From: a virus
Direction: 5' to 3' (one strand)
IMG/VR virus record: IMGVR_UViG_3300031521_000039
Coordinates: 21,198 to 85,197 of that record
Length of the DNA: 64,000 nt
How positions within the stretch are numbered: the first letter of the stretch is position 1; each line of letters starts with the position of its first letter. Below the pieces are notes generated by a model that was not told the origin of the DNA, made no database searches, and saw only the letters and a list, made by a program, of their open reading frames with translations. Position numbers and translations under genes: made by a program. Below, piece by piece: positions 39,447 through 49,794 of this stretch.

Positions 39447-39809
39447 TTATTCTTCATCTTCAAATTCTTCAAAATCCTCTTGTTGTTCCTTAATAATATT
39501 CCTGAATATCTTCTTATTTAAAATTTTCTCATCAATAGTCTCATCTAATTTAGACAATCCTTTTATCAATTCCATTTTATATTCAAGTTCTTTCTTGGCA
39601 TGTTCACAATCACATCTAGTAGGTGATACCCATTGAGTTTGATTGTTTATTTTAAAGATTCTCCATTCATCAGATTCCACTTCATTATCACAGTATATAC
39701 ATATATCATAGCCATCAGGATTTTTATATGTTCTTGATGATAGCAAATCTTTTAAATTAATGTATCCAGTTTCTAACTTATAATATTTTTTCATTTTATT
39801 ATCACACAT
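39447..39809 (-). CDS. Zn-finger protein
   Basis: CIYC...RCDC. Confidence 0.5.
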   Translation of the reverse strand: MCDNKMKKYYKLETGYINLKDLLSSRTYKNPDGYDICIYCDNEVESDEWRIFKINNQTQWVSPTRCDCEHAKKELEYKMELIKGLSKLDETIDEKILNKKIFRNIIKEQQEDFEEFEDEE

Positions 39810-39923
39810 TCTTTCTTATATTAATTTATTAACTCTTGATAAAATCAGCATTTCATTGTATTATTCAACCTCTGTATGCTAGTGATAGACCCATTGTTAT
39901 TTTTTATCTTTTATGAAAATTGG

Positions 39924-40841
39924 TTATTTCGCTTCAATAAATTCTATACTACCAACTATATTTCCAGCTTTAAATTCTTTATATGATTTGAATAATTTAA
40001 CCTTCATTATTCTATCATGTGAAAGTTCCCCTACGCCTCCTATTATTTTTACACCACCACATCCCATTACAAAAGCTTTATTATACGAATTTCTTGCAAT
40101 TACATTTTCTCCAGTATATACATTATTTATATATGTTTTTACGGTATCGCCAATATGTAATGGTATTAAATCAATATCTACTATTCCAGCATCTTCTCCC
40201 ACAATACTTTCTTCAAACATTTTTAGAGTAAGTTTAACTTTATTTTCTTTTAGATACCATTTACCTTCTTGCAAAGCCTTATGAGAATTACTATACTTTG
40301 ATAATACTTCTAAGATTTTATTAAATGTGCCATTGAAATTATTATCTCTAAACTTTAACATAAATTCTGCAAATTGATTTTCATTTACTATATCACATAC
40401 TTTAGCAAAAGATATAGATTCTTCATCTAATTTTATATATGTAGTATTTAGCCATCTTTCACAAAAAATGATTGGTGCTAATTTATTTTCTTTTACAACA
40501 GAGATATGTTTATTCTCACCTCCACTTATTTGTAATATGTTTTCTGATTTTGTATCTTTAAATTTTGTTCCTTCCTTAAAATTTAATATTTCTGATAATT
40601 TGTATATATCGTTTGTATTGTCATATGCAATTTCATCATTATCGTCATCAACAAACCATCCTAAATCATAAGTATGTTCTTCTCCAATATCATCTAAAAT
40701 TGTAACTAAAGTGTTGAATCTATTATATTTATAAAATTCTGCTTTAATAATCGTATGTGACTTCTTTCCAGTAAGTGGTGTTCCTTGATATATTAAATTT
40801 TTACCTACTAATTCTTTTCTTATTTTATCTGTTATTATCAT
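39924..40841 (-). CDS. Hypothetical multidomain protein
   Basis: RBS AAGGAG; sole gene between two palindromic sites. Confidence 0.55.
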   Translation of the reverse strand: MIITDKIRKELVGKNLIYQGTPLTGKKSHTIIKAEFYKYNRFNTLVTILDDIGEEHTYDLGWFVDDDNDEIAYDNTNDIYKLSEILNFKEGTKFKDTKSENILQISGGENKHISVVKENKLAPIIFCERWLNTTYIKLDEESISFAKVCDIVNENQFAEFMLKFRDNNFNGTFNKILEVLSKYSNSHKALQEGKWYLKENKVKLTLKMFEESIVGEDAGIVDIDLIPLHIGDTVKTYINNVYTGENVIARNSYNKAFVMGCGGVKIIGGVGELSHDRIMKVKLFKSYKEFKAGNIVGSIEFIEAK

Positions 40842-40904
40842 TTTTCATTTTCTCCTTTATATTTAGTTATATTAATTTGTTAAATTTCAGTTAAAACTAT
40901 TCTT

Positions 40905-41018
40905 TTATTTATTCATAACTCTAGCATATATACTTTTCAATGAATTTGCTATTTTTAAACTATTCTTATATGTAGAATTAGATAATAATTGTAATGCTTC
41001 TAATTTAGTTATATTCAT
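40905..41018 (-). CDS. Small protein (37 aa, not in track)
   Basis: MNITKLEALQLLSNSTY; RBS and promoter; stop lies inside the palindrome. Confidence 0.5.
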   Translation of the reverse strand: MNITKLEALQLLSNSTYKNSLKIANSLKSIYARVMNK

Positions 41019-41042
41019 TTAATTCACTTCCTTTCATTTACT

Positions 41043-41071
41043 ATAATATACCAACTAAGTTTTAAAGTCAA
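41043..41071 (-). promoter_or_regulatory. Early promoter, family copy 1
   Basis: TTGACT-N17-TATTAT with ATTGACTTTAAAA. Confidence 0.7.
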
Positions 41072-41086
41072 TGTACTTTTATTAAT

Positions 41087-41677
41087 TTATTTAACTATAT
41101 ATCCTTTTACTTTCTGAACTCCTAATTTAGAAATACGTTTAGAGTATTCTCTATCGCTTTCACCATATTCTCTTTCTATAAATACATCTAGTCTTGTATC
41201 TATTGCAAAATGTTTATTACTTCCTTTATCATTTACAATAACCTGTCCATATCTTTCTAGGTATATTTGAGTATTTTGTGGTATTACATTATTTGCAACT
41301 CCACCTCGACTAAGTTTTTTACCTTGACTTGTTATTGATCCATAACCATTTTCTGAATTCATAGAACTATAAAATGTTAATACAAATTCTTGCCATTGTG
41401 GTTCAATCTTCTTTTGTTTTTCCAACTCTTTTTCTTTTTGTAATTTTAATTCTTCACCTTTCTTTTTCTCTAGTTCTATTTTATCTCTTTCATATTGTTC
41501 TTGCATTGGATTAATTAATAATCCAAATTTATCAGTTTTTAGTACCATTTCTTTTGCATTAACTTGTTTTTCAGCTATCTGCATTGCATTATTGTGAAAT
41601 GGTGTTTGGTGTGTACTATATGTAGATAATAACAATGTTGTACTAAGTACACAGACAATCCTCTTTCCTTTTAGCAT
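41087..41677 (-). CDS. Secreted 3D-domain (MltA-B-like) cell-wall hydrolase
   Basis: Signal segment; LTFY...TSQG...VANNVIPQNT.IY...VNDKG...LDVFI. Confidence 0.75.
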   Translation of the reverse strand: MLKGKRIVCVLSTTLLLSTYSTHQTPFHNNAMQIAEKQVNAKEMVLKTDKFGLLINPMQEQYERDKIELEKKKGEELKLQKEKELEKQKKIEPQWQEFVLTFYSSMNSENGYGSITSQGKKLSRGGVANNVIPQNTQIYLERYGQVIVNDKGSNKHFAIDTRLDVFIEREYGESDREYSKRISKLGVQKVKGYIVK

Positions 41678-41698
41678 TTAATCAGCTCCAATCTTATG

Positions 41699-42562
41699 TT
41701 ATTTTTTAATCATAGTTATAGCTTTTTCTGTTTCATTTGCAATCTCTACTGTGTTATTAGCAAGTTCTTGAACCGCTGAACTAGTTTGTTCCATACATGC
41801 ACTTACTGAAATCATTCCATCATTTATTCCTTCTATACGTGATATTCTAAGTACATTACTTTCTTTGAGTTTCTTACTATTTTCTTTACCTGTTTCAGTT
41901 TTTTTAAGAATAATATTAGCTGTAACTTGTAAGTCTTCTACAATTTTACTAATCATTGTACTTGAGTTTTTAGTTTCTTCTGCAAGTTTTTTAACTTCAT
42001 TAGCTACAACTGCAAACCCTTTGCCAGCATCTCCTGCTCTTGCAGACTCTATACTTGCATTTAGCGATAAAAGATTAGTTTGATTAGCTATTTCTTTGAT
42101 TACATTTGTTATTTTAGAAATATCTTTCATTTTTACATATAATTCATTTGCATTATTATAGTTGTCAACATTATCATTATGGAATACTTCCATAATTCCA
42201 CTATTATTTTTTGCACTCTCATATGCAAGATTAACTTCTGAAGTAATATGAACTATATTTGATGTTACTTCTTGTATAGTAGCACTTATTTCTTCAACTG
42301 AACCTGCTTGACCGGTAATAGTATTGTTGATAGTTTCTATTTCTGTAAGTATATTTTTACCTACTTTATTTGTTGATTTTTTATATTCTTCGAATTCTTT
42401 ATCTTTACTAATTAAAGTTGTATGTAGTTCTTTATTTTTTAATTCTAGTTCTTTGATTTTATTATCACTTTCTAGTTTAAGTGTTTTTAACTTGTTGTCC
42501 ATTTCCTTTTCTAAAGATTCTCTTAGTTCTTGTAGTCCTTTTGTATTTTTAAATATTTTCAT
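41699..42562 (-). CDS. Soluble methyl-accepting chemotaxis protein (signalling domain only)
   Basis: [40 protein letters not shown]; no TM segment. Confidence 0.93.
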   Translation of the reverse strand: MKIFKNTKGLQELRESLEKEMDNKLKTLKLESDNKIKELELKNKELHTTLISKDKEFEEYKKSTNKVGKNILTEIETINNTITGQAGSVEEISATIQEVTSNIVHITSEVNLAYESAKNNSGIMEVFHNDNVDNYNNANELYVKMKDISKITNVIKEIANQTNLLSLNASIESARAGDAGKGFAVVANEVKKLAEETKNSSTMISKIVEDLQVTANIILKKTETGKENSKKLKESNVLRISRIEGINDGMISVSACMEQTSSAVQELANNTVEIANETEKAITMIKK

Positions 42563-42652
42563 GTTGATACACTCTCCTTTAATTCAATTTTTATTCTTTT
42601 TGTTTTTAATAGCTTATATATTGTGTCATCTCTCATTATTGATTGTCTCCTT

Positions 42653-42907
42653 TTATATTTTAATTTCTGTTACTTCATCTTTAATTTCTATTTCCTTACT
42701 TCTGTCAAAATTAAAATGATTGTTTATCCCAATATCACTTTGGAAATAGAATTTTTCATTACAATTATCTGTTAAACATCTTGCTACAAATTCAACATAT
42801 TTATTACCTTCTATTTCTACTAGCTTGTAATCACTTGTTAACTGATAATCAGATTGTTCACATTTAGGACAATAGGGTATATTATCTTTAAGAATTGATT
42901 TAAACAT
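42653..42907 (-). CDS. Zn-ribbon protein
   Basis: CPKC...C...C. Confidence 0.5.
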   Translation of the reverse strand: MFKSILKDNIPYCPKCEQSDYQLTSDYKLVEIEGNKYVEFVARCLTDNCNEKFYFQSDIGINNHFNFDRSKEIEIKDEVTEIKI

Positions 42908-42910
42908 TTC

Positions 42911-43174
42911 TTAAGTCTCCTTTCTATTAGAATAACAGTTTCTGTCTTTTAATAAACAGTATTTGTTTTTATATAAATAACTACAATTTGTTGGCGTTTG
43001 ATTGCATTTTACAAATCTATATCTTAATGCAATAAAGAAATTAACTATAGGATTTCTTATATATGTATACCATAAGTTACTAACCGAGGGGCATTCTTTA
43101 TTACATTTGGAACAATATTCAAAATCTTCATCATTGTGATGTTTGCAAAATACAAAATTAAATTTTTGGTTCAT
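42911..43174 (-). CDS. Cys-rich hypothetical protein
   Basis: Multiple Cys residues. Confidence 0.5.
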   Translation of the reverse strand: MNQKFNFVFCKHHNDEDFEYCSKCNKECPSVSNLWYTYIRNPIVNFFIALRYRFVKCNQTPTNCSYLYKNKYCLLKDRNCYSNRKET

Positions 43175-43176
43175 TA

Positions 43177-43476
43177 TTATATTTTCCCTTCTTTATTTAT
43201 TAAATTAAATCCCCAATCATAAGTAGGTTTATCTATTGATTTTGAATATTTTTCCCTTAACTGTTTCATGAAATTGTCTATTTCAATAATGGATTCTTTC
43301 TTACACTCATCACATAAACATTGTTTAAAATTCTGAACTTCTTCCCCTGACAATCTAGTGTTGAATATTCCAAATTTTCTTTGTGTATAAACTGATATTT
43401 TTACTTTTGTTTCCATATATTCTTCTGAAATTTCTGTTTCTTTACCACAACAATCGCAAAAATATTTTACTGCCAT
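43177..43476 (-). CDS. Zn-finger protein
   Basis: CDCCG...LCDEC. Confidence 0.55.
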   Translation of the reverse strand: MAVKYFCDCCGKETEISEEYMETKVKISVYTQRKFGIFNTRLSGEEVQNFKQCLCDECKKESIIEIDNFMKQLREKYSKSIDKPTYDWGFNLINKEGKI

Positions 43477-43532
43477 AATATCACCACCTTTTACGTTTAA
43501 TTAATTTATTAACTCCATGAAAAATTCGACTT

Positions 43533-43742
43533 TTAACATATTGGCGTTAAACAATGGTTACAATTACCACAAGTGATTTCGTCTTCTGTTGGTTCTAAAC
43601 TTACTTTGAATTCACCATTCTTTATAACTGTCCAAGGCACTATGTTTTGTTCATTTTCGAACTCTAATAATAATTTATTCTTATCTCTAGTAATTTTACA
43701 CTCTATTTCCTGACCTTCATTATTTTTAATTATTGCTTTCAT
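43533..43742 (-). CDS. Hypothetical protein
   Basis: RBS; stop lies inside the palindrome. Confidence 0.5.
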   Translation of the reverse strand: MKAIIKNNEGQEIECKITRDKNKLLLEFENEQNIVPWTVIKNGEFKVSLEPTEDEITCGNCNHCLTPIC

Positions 43743-43767
43743 TTTTACATTTCCCCTTTACTTTCTA

Positions 43768-44004
43768 TTAATTTGTTTTATTTACTCTATGGCAATCTTC
43801 ACATTCTAAATATTGTCTTTCTTTAGCTTTATCATTGATAAATTTTAAATTACCACTACAATATCTGCATTTATCAATTGCTTCGGCATACTGGTTTCTG
43901 TATTCTTTTAATTCGTCTATTATGTAATTTGTTTCTGTTATAACTTGTCCTTGTGTTTGACTATCTTCTTTTACTTGTTGAAATATTTCATCGGCTTCAA
44001 TCAA
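43768..44004 (-). CDS. Zn-ribbon protein
   Basis: CRYC...CEDC; RBS GAGGTG. Confidence 0.5.
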   Translation of the reverse strand: MIEADEIFQQVKEDSQTQGQVITETNYIIDELKEYRNQYAEAIDKCRYCSGNLKFINDKAKERQYLECEDCHRVNKTN

Positions 44005-44030
44005 TCTACATCACCTCTTTCCTTGACTTA

Positions 44031-44149
44031 ATATTACCATATAAGGATAACACCTGTCAACTTAATTATATTAATTTATTTATATTAAAAATACCAACAA
44101 GAATTTCTCCTGTTGGTATTATCTTAGCATTATTGGATTTTAAAGTCAA
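44031..44149 (-). promoter_or_regulatory. Two promoters around a terminator
   Basis: TTGACT-N17-TAAGAT (44149-44121), hairpin at 44090-44120, TTGACA-N18-TAATAT (44060-44031). Confidence 0.55.
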
Positions 44150-44177
44150 TGGTTTATTTTCCTTTATGTTAATTTAT

Positions 44178-46433
44178 TTATTTAATAACCAATTTAATGA
44201 CTTCATCTTGATTTGTTCTAGTATTTATTAAGAAATTACCTTGATTTCCACGTTTAGAATATAGGTAAGTATATAAATCTCTTTCTTCATTCGTTTTATT
44301 TGTTGGAACTATATCAGAAAGCATAAAAGTCTTAGACTTTCCCTTTAAAGTTTCTAGTTCAAAGTTGAATTCTTTAGCTACATCAATTATAGCACTAATA
44401 ACTCTATTGCCTTCATTTAGTTTCATTCCAACATTACCTTGTGAATTTGTACTACCTACTGCATTAAAATTACTACTATTAAATATTAATCCCTTTCCTT
44501 CATCTGATACCATTAATACATCCATATCTTTTTCGGCGTAGTATATATCTAATATTTTACTCTTGTTTGAATAACATTTCTCTAGTTTTTTATACGATGA
44601 TAAATACTTGTCTATCTTTATCTTAGCAAGATTTCCATCTTCATAAACTACTAGAATAAATCCAGTTGGTTTATCTATAGATACTATTTTAATTATTTCC
44701 TCATCTTCATCAAATCCTAATAATTTAGGCACAAAAGTACCATGTGTTGAAGGTTGATATTGTTCTAAATCAGAACATTGTAATTTATATCTTCTTTCTT
44801 TACTAGTAAATATTAATAAAGTGGACTTATTTGTAGTTATGAAGTCACCAAGTATAGTGTTTCCCTCGACAATTTTATGATTATCTGATTGCTTAAGGTG
44901 CTTCTTTATGTACTTATTAGTGTAGAAAATACGACAGTTATAGTTATACTCTTCTATAAATTCTTCTTGTGGTATTTGAATTATTTCACTTACATCTATA
45001 ACTTCTGCCAATCTAGGTCTTCCATATTTATCAGAAATAGTTTGCAATTGTTCTATTATTATTTTGTCTATTTCATCTATATTAGAAACAATATATTGTA
45101 AATATTCTACCTCTTTTTGTAACTCTTGTATTTGTTTAATTTGCTTTTCTATATAAGATTTATTTATATTTCTAAGCTTCATATCAGCTATAAATTGTGC
45201 TTGTTTTTCATCTATGTTAAACCCATCACATAAACTTTTTAATATCTTATCTTCTTCCGTGTGCCTTATTAGTTTAATTGCTTCGTCTATATCTATTAAA
45301 ACTTTCTGTAATCCTAGCATGATATGTAATTTTGCTGATTTTGTTTCAATTTCTTTATTAGTTAATTTTATTATACAATTTTCTCTAAATTTTATCCAAA
45401 AATCAAGGACTTCATTTATTCCTCTTACTTTTGGAACAAAATTTATTAAACTGTTCATATTATATGAAATATTTGATTCTAATGAGGTATATTTGTATAG
45501 TTTATTAACCAATAAATCAATATTTATATTTTTTCTTAAATATAAATCTACAGTATATTCTTCTTTTTGATCTTTTTTATTATATCCACTACCATCTTTA
45601 ACATCAGTTATTTCTTTAAATATGTTTAGCTTGTTTGTTATTTCTTTTAATACTCTTTCTACCGTTGTTGAGTATGGTATAAACATGGAAAGGATATTAT
45701 TTTCTTCATCAAATCTAGGTATTGCTCTTAATTTTATACTCCCTTTTCCTGTGTCACATATATTTTTAATATTTTCTTTATTATATATTACTTTACAATC
45801 TGTAGGAAAATCTGGAATTATATAATCTGAAGCTATTAGTGTTTTGTCTTTTATATATTTTGAAGTATAATCACATATGTCTTTTAAATTAAATCCATTA
45901 AAAGAACATGCTTCTCCTACAGCAATAGCACTTGTAAACATAGTTAAAATATTAGGATACATAGTAGGTAAGCAGACAGGTTCTTTATGTTCAGTATCAC
46001 CTATCATATCAACTACTCCATCATAGATTCCATCAAATAATGTTTTTTCAGAAAATCCACTTAATTTAGCAAAAGTATATCTGGGTGCAGAATATCCTCC
46101 TTGAGTTAATGTATTACCAAAATTACCATGACCAAGTATGAAAGGAGTAGATTGCGTTTGGTTTGTGTCTACAAGTAAAGATAATGATCCCATTAGTGAA
46201 GAGTCACCATGAACATAATATTTGGTTGCATTACCTATAATATCTAAACACTTAAAAAAGTCTTTTTCGCTAATCATTTTATTTGCCATCATACTATAAA
46301 GGATTTTTCTTTGTACAGGCAAAAATCCATCTTCTACTTTTGGCAAAGCTCTATCAACAATAGTTGACATTCCATAACTCATATAATCTTCTAAAACTTG
46401 TTCACTTAATTTTACTTTTTCTATTTCTGACAT
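44178..46433 (-). CDS. Type IIA topoisomerase subunit A (GyrA/ParC-like)
   Basis: RALPKVEDG..PVQR, HGDSS, SAPRYT (catalytic Tyr), pinwheel-like C-terminal domain. Confidence 0.92.
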   Translation of the reverse strand: MSEIEKVKLSEQVLEDYMSYGMSTIVDRALPKVEDGFLPVQRKILYSMMANKMISEKDFFKCLDIIGNATKYYVHGDSSLMGSLSLLVDTNQTQSTPFILGHGNFGNTLTQGGYSAPRYTFAKLSGFSEKTLFDGIYDGVVDMIGDTEHKEPVCLPTMYPNILTMFTSAIAVGEACSFNGFNLKDICDYTSKYIKDKTLIASDYIIPDFPTDCKVIYNKENIKNICDTGKGSIKLRAIPRFDEENNILSMFIPYSTTVERVLKEITNKLNIFKEITDVKDGSGYNKKDQKEEYTVDLYLRKNINIDLLVNKLYKYTSLESNISYNMNSLINFVPKVRGINEVLDFWIKFRENCIIKLTNKEIETKSAKLHIMLGLQKVLIDIDEAIKLIRHTEEDKILKSLCDGFNIDEKQAQFIADMKLRNINKSYIEKQIKQIQELQKEVEYLQYIVSNIDEIDKIIIEQLQTISDKYGRPRLAEVIDVSEIIQIPQEEFIEEYNYNCRIFYTNKYIKKHLKQSDNHKIVEGNTILGDFITTNKSTLLIFTSKERRYKLQCSDLEQYQPSTHGTFVPKLLGFDEDEEIIKIVSIDKPTGFILVVYEDGNLAKIKIDKYLSSYKKLEKCYSNKSKILDIYYAEKDMDVLMVSDEGKGLIFNSSNFNAVGSTNSQGNVGMKLNEGNRVISAIIDVAKEFNFELETLKGKSKTFMLSDIVPTNKTNEERDLYTYLYSKRGNQGNFLINTRTNQDEVIKLVIK

Positions 46434-46435
46434 AT

Positions 46436-48481
46436 TTATACCTCCAACGTTCTAATATCAAAGAACTCATTCCCTCTAGCTTCAATAAATTCTTTTCTTT
46501 CTTTTGCTTTTTCATCTGACATACATAATTTTAAAACATATTCACATTTAATTACATCATCCCATGTAATTTGTTTTATGATTCTCTTTTCTTCATTCAT
46601 AGCTGTATCTGATAATATTTCAGTGGTTAGACCTCCTAATCCTTTGAATCTTTTAGATTTATATGTTTCTTTTATGTCTCTTAATATGTTGTCTTTTTCT
46701 GTTTCAGTATAAGCATAGTATTTTTCTTTTTTTGTTTCTATTAAATATAATGGGGTGTAAAGAATATACAAATGACCATTTTTAATAAATTCTGGTGCTA
46801 ATACAGAAAATAAACATATTATTAAACTTCTTATGTGCTTCCCATCTTCATCACCATCCACACTAATTGCGACCTTATCAAATAGCAAATTATCTTCATT
46901 ATATTTTGAAATACCTTTTATAGCCTTACCTTTATATTCCATACCACATTGAAGTATCTTAAATATGTCTTTGACTTCATTGTTATTTAACAAATCATTT
47001 AATGGGTTTTTAAAAGCATTGATAACTTTCCCCCTTAATGCATATAGAGCCATAGTTCTTTTGTCTCTCGATTTACGCATTGGTTCTTTTGCTGAATCCC
47101 CTTCTGTTAATATTAAACAAATTTCTTCTCGTTTTTTACTTACACAAGGAGTATATTTATCAGGTCTAGTTATAGCTGAGTTTGCTCCTTTTTCTAATTC
47201 CTTTTTTACATTTTGTCTTGAATTTTCTGCTTTATTATTAGCTCTCATATTAATTAATACTTGATTTATAATATTCTCAGCATCTATTCTATTCTCTTCT
47301 AAGTAAATTGAAAATTTTTCATAAATATCATCAGAAACATATTTTCTTATAAAAGCATTGTCAATGCTTAGTTTAGTTTGATTCGCATAACTTGTTTTTG
47401 TTGATTTAGTAATAAGGACAGTTATTAAACTATCAGATATATCATCAAATTTAATTTTTTCTTTATTTTTATATAAACTATTTTTTGCTAAATAATTATG
47501 TATTGCAGTAGTTAAACCTTTCTCTAGAGCCTTTGTTGTTACATTGTATGTTAATTCAGTTAATTCACTACTATTGTGATAGTATTCTTGTTTCTTAATA
47601 CTTCTGTTAAATTTAAATGTTAAGCTATAGTCCATTTTATAAACTAATTTACCTTCTTTATCTTGACAATTATCACACTTATTATAAAAGTTTATAGTCT
47701 CACTTACATCATCTTTTTCACCTATGTTTTTATCTATATAGTCTTTTATATTATCATATTTATATTCTATAAATTCTTCATTTTTTTCATCCTTAAATCT
47801 TAAATAAATTCCTGTACATACTGTTGCTTGTGTGTTCATTTTATTTTTAATCCATTGAGAATCTATATTAATATCTGTGAAAACTCTTTTGTCAGGTTTA
47901 TATGTAATTGTAGTTCCAGTATATCCGTCAGTATTATCTTCTATTTTTAAAACTCGTTGTCCATCTTCAAAATTAAAAGGTTCATCATTATCTTCTTTTA
48001 TAAAATCTAGAGTGTCTTTGTCAACTGGTCTACCTTCTTTAAAATTTAAAGTATATTTTTCATGTTCTTTTCTAACAATCACTGTCATATACTCACTACT
48101 CATTTGGCTACTTGCGAGTCCTAAGCCGTAATTACCTAGTTTTCCATCAAGTTCTTTATTATCTAAATCTTCTTGTGTAGTAGCGTAATTATCTCCACCA
48201 TATAGTTTGTACAAAGCTATATCCCAATTATATAAATTATCTTCCTTCATCCATAGACAAGGTAATCCATCTGCAAAGTCTTGTATGGTATATGAATCAT
48301 CTTTATGTCTAGTTATAATAATTTTATCGCCATGACCTGCCTTATATCTATCTATTGCATTAGTTATTATTTCAAATAAAGTTTGTTGAACTCCTCTAAT
48401 CCCATCAGAACCTAAAATTACACTAGGTAATTCTCTTATCTTACTACTTCCATTACATAAAGTTAATTTTCTTTCTGCCAT
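46436..48481 (-). CDS. Type IIA topoisomerase subunit B (GyrB/ParE-like)
   Basis: EIITNAID, GNYGLG, EGDSA, LRGK, DGDEDG, RFKGLG. Confidence 0.93.
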   Translation of the reverse strand: MAERKLTLCNGSSKIRELPSVILGSDGIRGVQQTLFEIITNAIDRYKAGHGDKIIITRHKDDSYTIQDFADGLPCLWMKEDNLYNWDIALYKLYGGDNYATTQEDLDNKELDGKLGNYGLGLASSQMSSEYMTVIVRKEHEKYTLNFKEGRPVDKDTLDFIKEDNDEPFNFEDGQRVLKIEDNTDGYTGTTITYKPDKRVFTDINIDSQWIKNKMNTQATVCTGIYLRFKDEKNEEFIEYKYDNIKDYIDKNIGEKDDVSETINFYNKCDNCQDKEGKLVYKMDYSLTFKFNRSIKKQEYYHNSSELTELTYNVTTKALEKGLTTAIHNYLAKNSLYKNKEKIKFDDISDSLITVLITKSTKTSYANQTKLSIDNAFIRKYVSDDIYEKFSIYLEENRIDAENIINQVLINMRANNKAENSRQNVKKELEKGANSAITRPDKYTPCVSKKREEICLILTEGDSAKEPMRKSRDKRTMALYALRGKVINAFKNPLNDLLNNNEVKDIFKILQCGMEYKGKAIKGISKYNEDNLLFDKVAISVDGDEDGKHIRSLIICLFSVLAPEFIKNGHLYILYTPLYLIETKKEKYYAYTETEKDNILRDIKETYKSKRFKGLGGLTTEILSDTAMNEEKRIIKQITWDDVIKCEYVLKLCMSDEKAKERKEFIEARGNEFFDIRTLEV

Positions 48482-48508
48482 TATATAATAACCTCCTATA
48501 ATTTGTTT

Positions 48509-48742
48509 TTAATATGTAAGTTTGTATATGTGATAATCTCTATCTGTTAACTCTTCAAAATCAATTAACTTAACATCTTCATCGTATTCCTCTTTTAATT
48601 TTTCCATCAATATCTCTCTAATTGTTTCATCTCTTTCAAAATCATCAACTATATCAATATCTTCCTCAATAGTTATAATTGTATCTGTGTGTATTTCATG
48701 ACCATCTCTATAAATTTCTATTAAACATTTATAATCATTCAT
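48509..48742 (-). CDS. Acidic hypothetical protein
   Basis: Very D/E-rich. Confidence 0.5.
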   Translation of the reverse strand: MNDYKCLIEIYRDGHEIHTDTIITIEEDIDIVDDFERDETIREILMEKLKEEYDEDVKLIDFEELTDRDYHIYKLTY

Positions 48743-49180
48743 TTATACTTCCTCCTTTGTAATTTCACAAGCAACGTGCCAGTATGCTTGAAGTAAATCT
48801 TCAAATCCTTCAAAATTTTTAATATCAAACTCATCATTTTTAGAAATTTTAATGTACCATTTATCAGTATATTTACCTCTAGATATATCTAGAATTTTAA
48901 ACCCATTATCCTCAATAAACTGCCTTAATTGTCCTTCATTTAATAATGGCATTACACCAACCTTATCTTTTACAAAAACTTCTCTTATTGTTCCACAATC
49001 ATATATAACATATGTAAACTCAACATTAGTATTTATATCAAATACTTGATATAAATCATTTTCTCTTACTATATTATTAAAGAAAAATAAATCTCCTACA
49101 CTTGGTTGCCACCATTTTTCAAATACTTTTTGAGCCTCTTTGGGTTGTTTTAAAAATTCTTCTGCACTTATATATTCCAT
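48743..49180 (-). CDS. Clostridial phage hypothetical protein
   Basis: MEYISAEEFLKQP...WWQPSVGDL...PLLNEGQLRQFIED. Confidence 0.6.
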   Translation of the reverse strand: MEYISAEEFLKQPKEAQKVFEKWWQPSVGDLFFFNNIVRENDLYQVFDINTNVEFTYVIYDCGTIREVFVKDKVGVMPLLNEGQLRQFIEDNGFKILDISRGKYTDKWYIKISKNDEFDIKNFEGFEDLLQAYWHVACEITKEEV

Positions 49181-49234
49181 TTCATTCTCTCCTTAATTAT
49201 ATTAATTTGTCAATATTCCATTAAAATTTCTCTT

Positions 49235-49501
49235 TTATTTGGAAGTTAATCCCAATTTATTTCTAATTGTCATATGTAAACCTACTATTCCTAACCATAA
49301 ATTAAACTCATATTTATTATAATTTTCTCCACCTGTGATATTACCATAATCATCAACATCACAATTATAAGTTTCAATCTCTTTGTTAATTGTAATTCCT
49401 ATTATGCATTGGTTATTTTCTTTATAAAAATTAGTTTTATGAAATTCTATTTTCTTAATATTTTTGTTATATTCATGCATATTAATTTCCCTCCTTGTCA
49501 T
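49235..49501 (-). CDS. Hypothetical protein
   Basis: Stop lies inside the palindrome. Confidence 0.5.
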   Translation of the reverse strand: MTRREINMHEYNKNIKKIEFHKTNFYKENNQCIIGITINKEIETYNCDVDDYGNITGGENYNKYEFNLWLGIVGLHMTIRNKLGLTSK

Positions 49502-49781
49502 CGCCTTTAAATTTAATATCTTTTACTGCTTCTCTCCAACATTTTTCACAAACATCACTACCTATTCTTTTATCTGTACATTTTAATGGTTTTAACCCAT
49601 GACAACTTGGACAATTTCTCCCATAAAACATATAAGCTTTTTCTTTCATTGTGATTTTTAAAAATCCTTCTCTTGAATATATTTTTGCTATTTCCTTAAT
49701 ATCTATCTGTTTGTTTAATTTATGTTTAATCCAATAGACTAAATTATACCAACTATATTTCTTTACAAATACTGGTTTCAT
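49482..49781 (-). CDS. Cys-rich hypothetical protein
   Basis: CPSC...CEKCW. Confidence 0.5.
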   Translation of the reverse strand: MKPVFVKKYSWYNLVYWIKHKLNKQIDIKEIAKIYSREGFLKITMKEKAYMFYGRNCPSCHGLKPLKCTDKRIGSDVCEKCWREAVKDIKFKGDDKEGN

Positions 49782-49794
49782 TTATTTCACACTC

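Noticed and set aside
44178-46433. Gene symbol gyrA
   Set aside because: No GyrA-box, so gyrase and topo IV cannot be distinguished without phylogeny.
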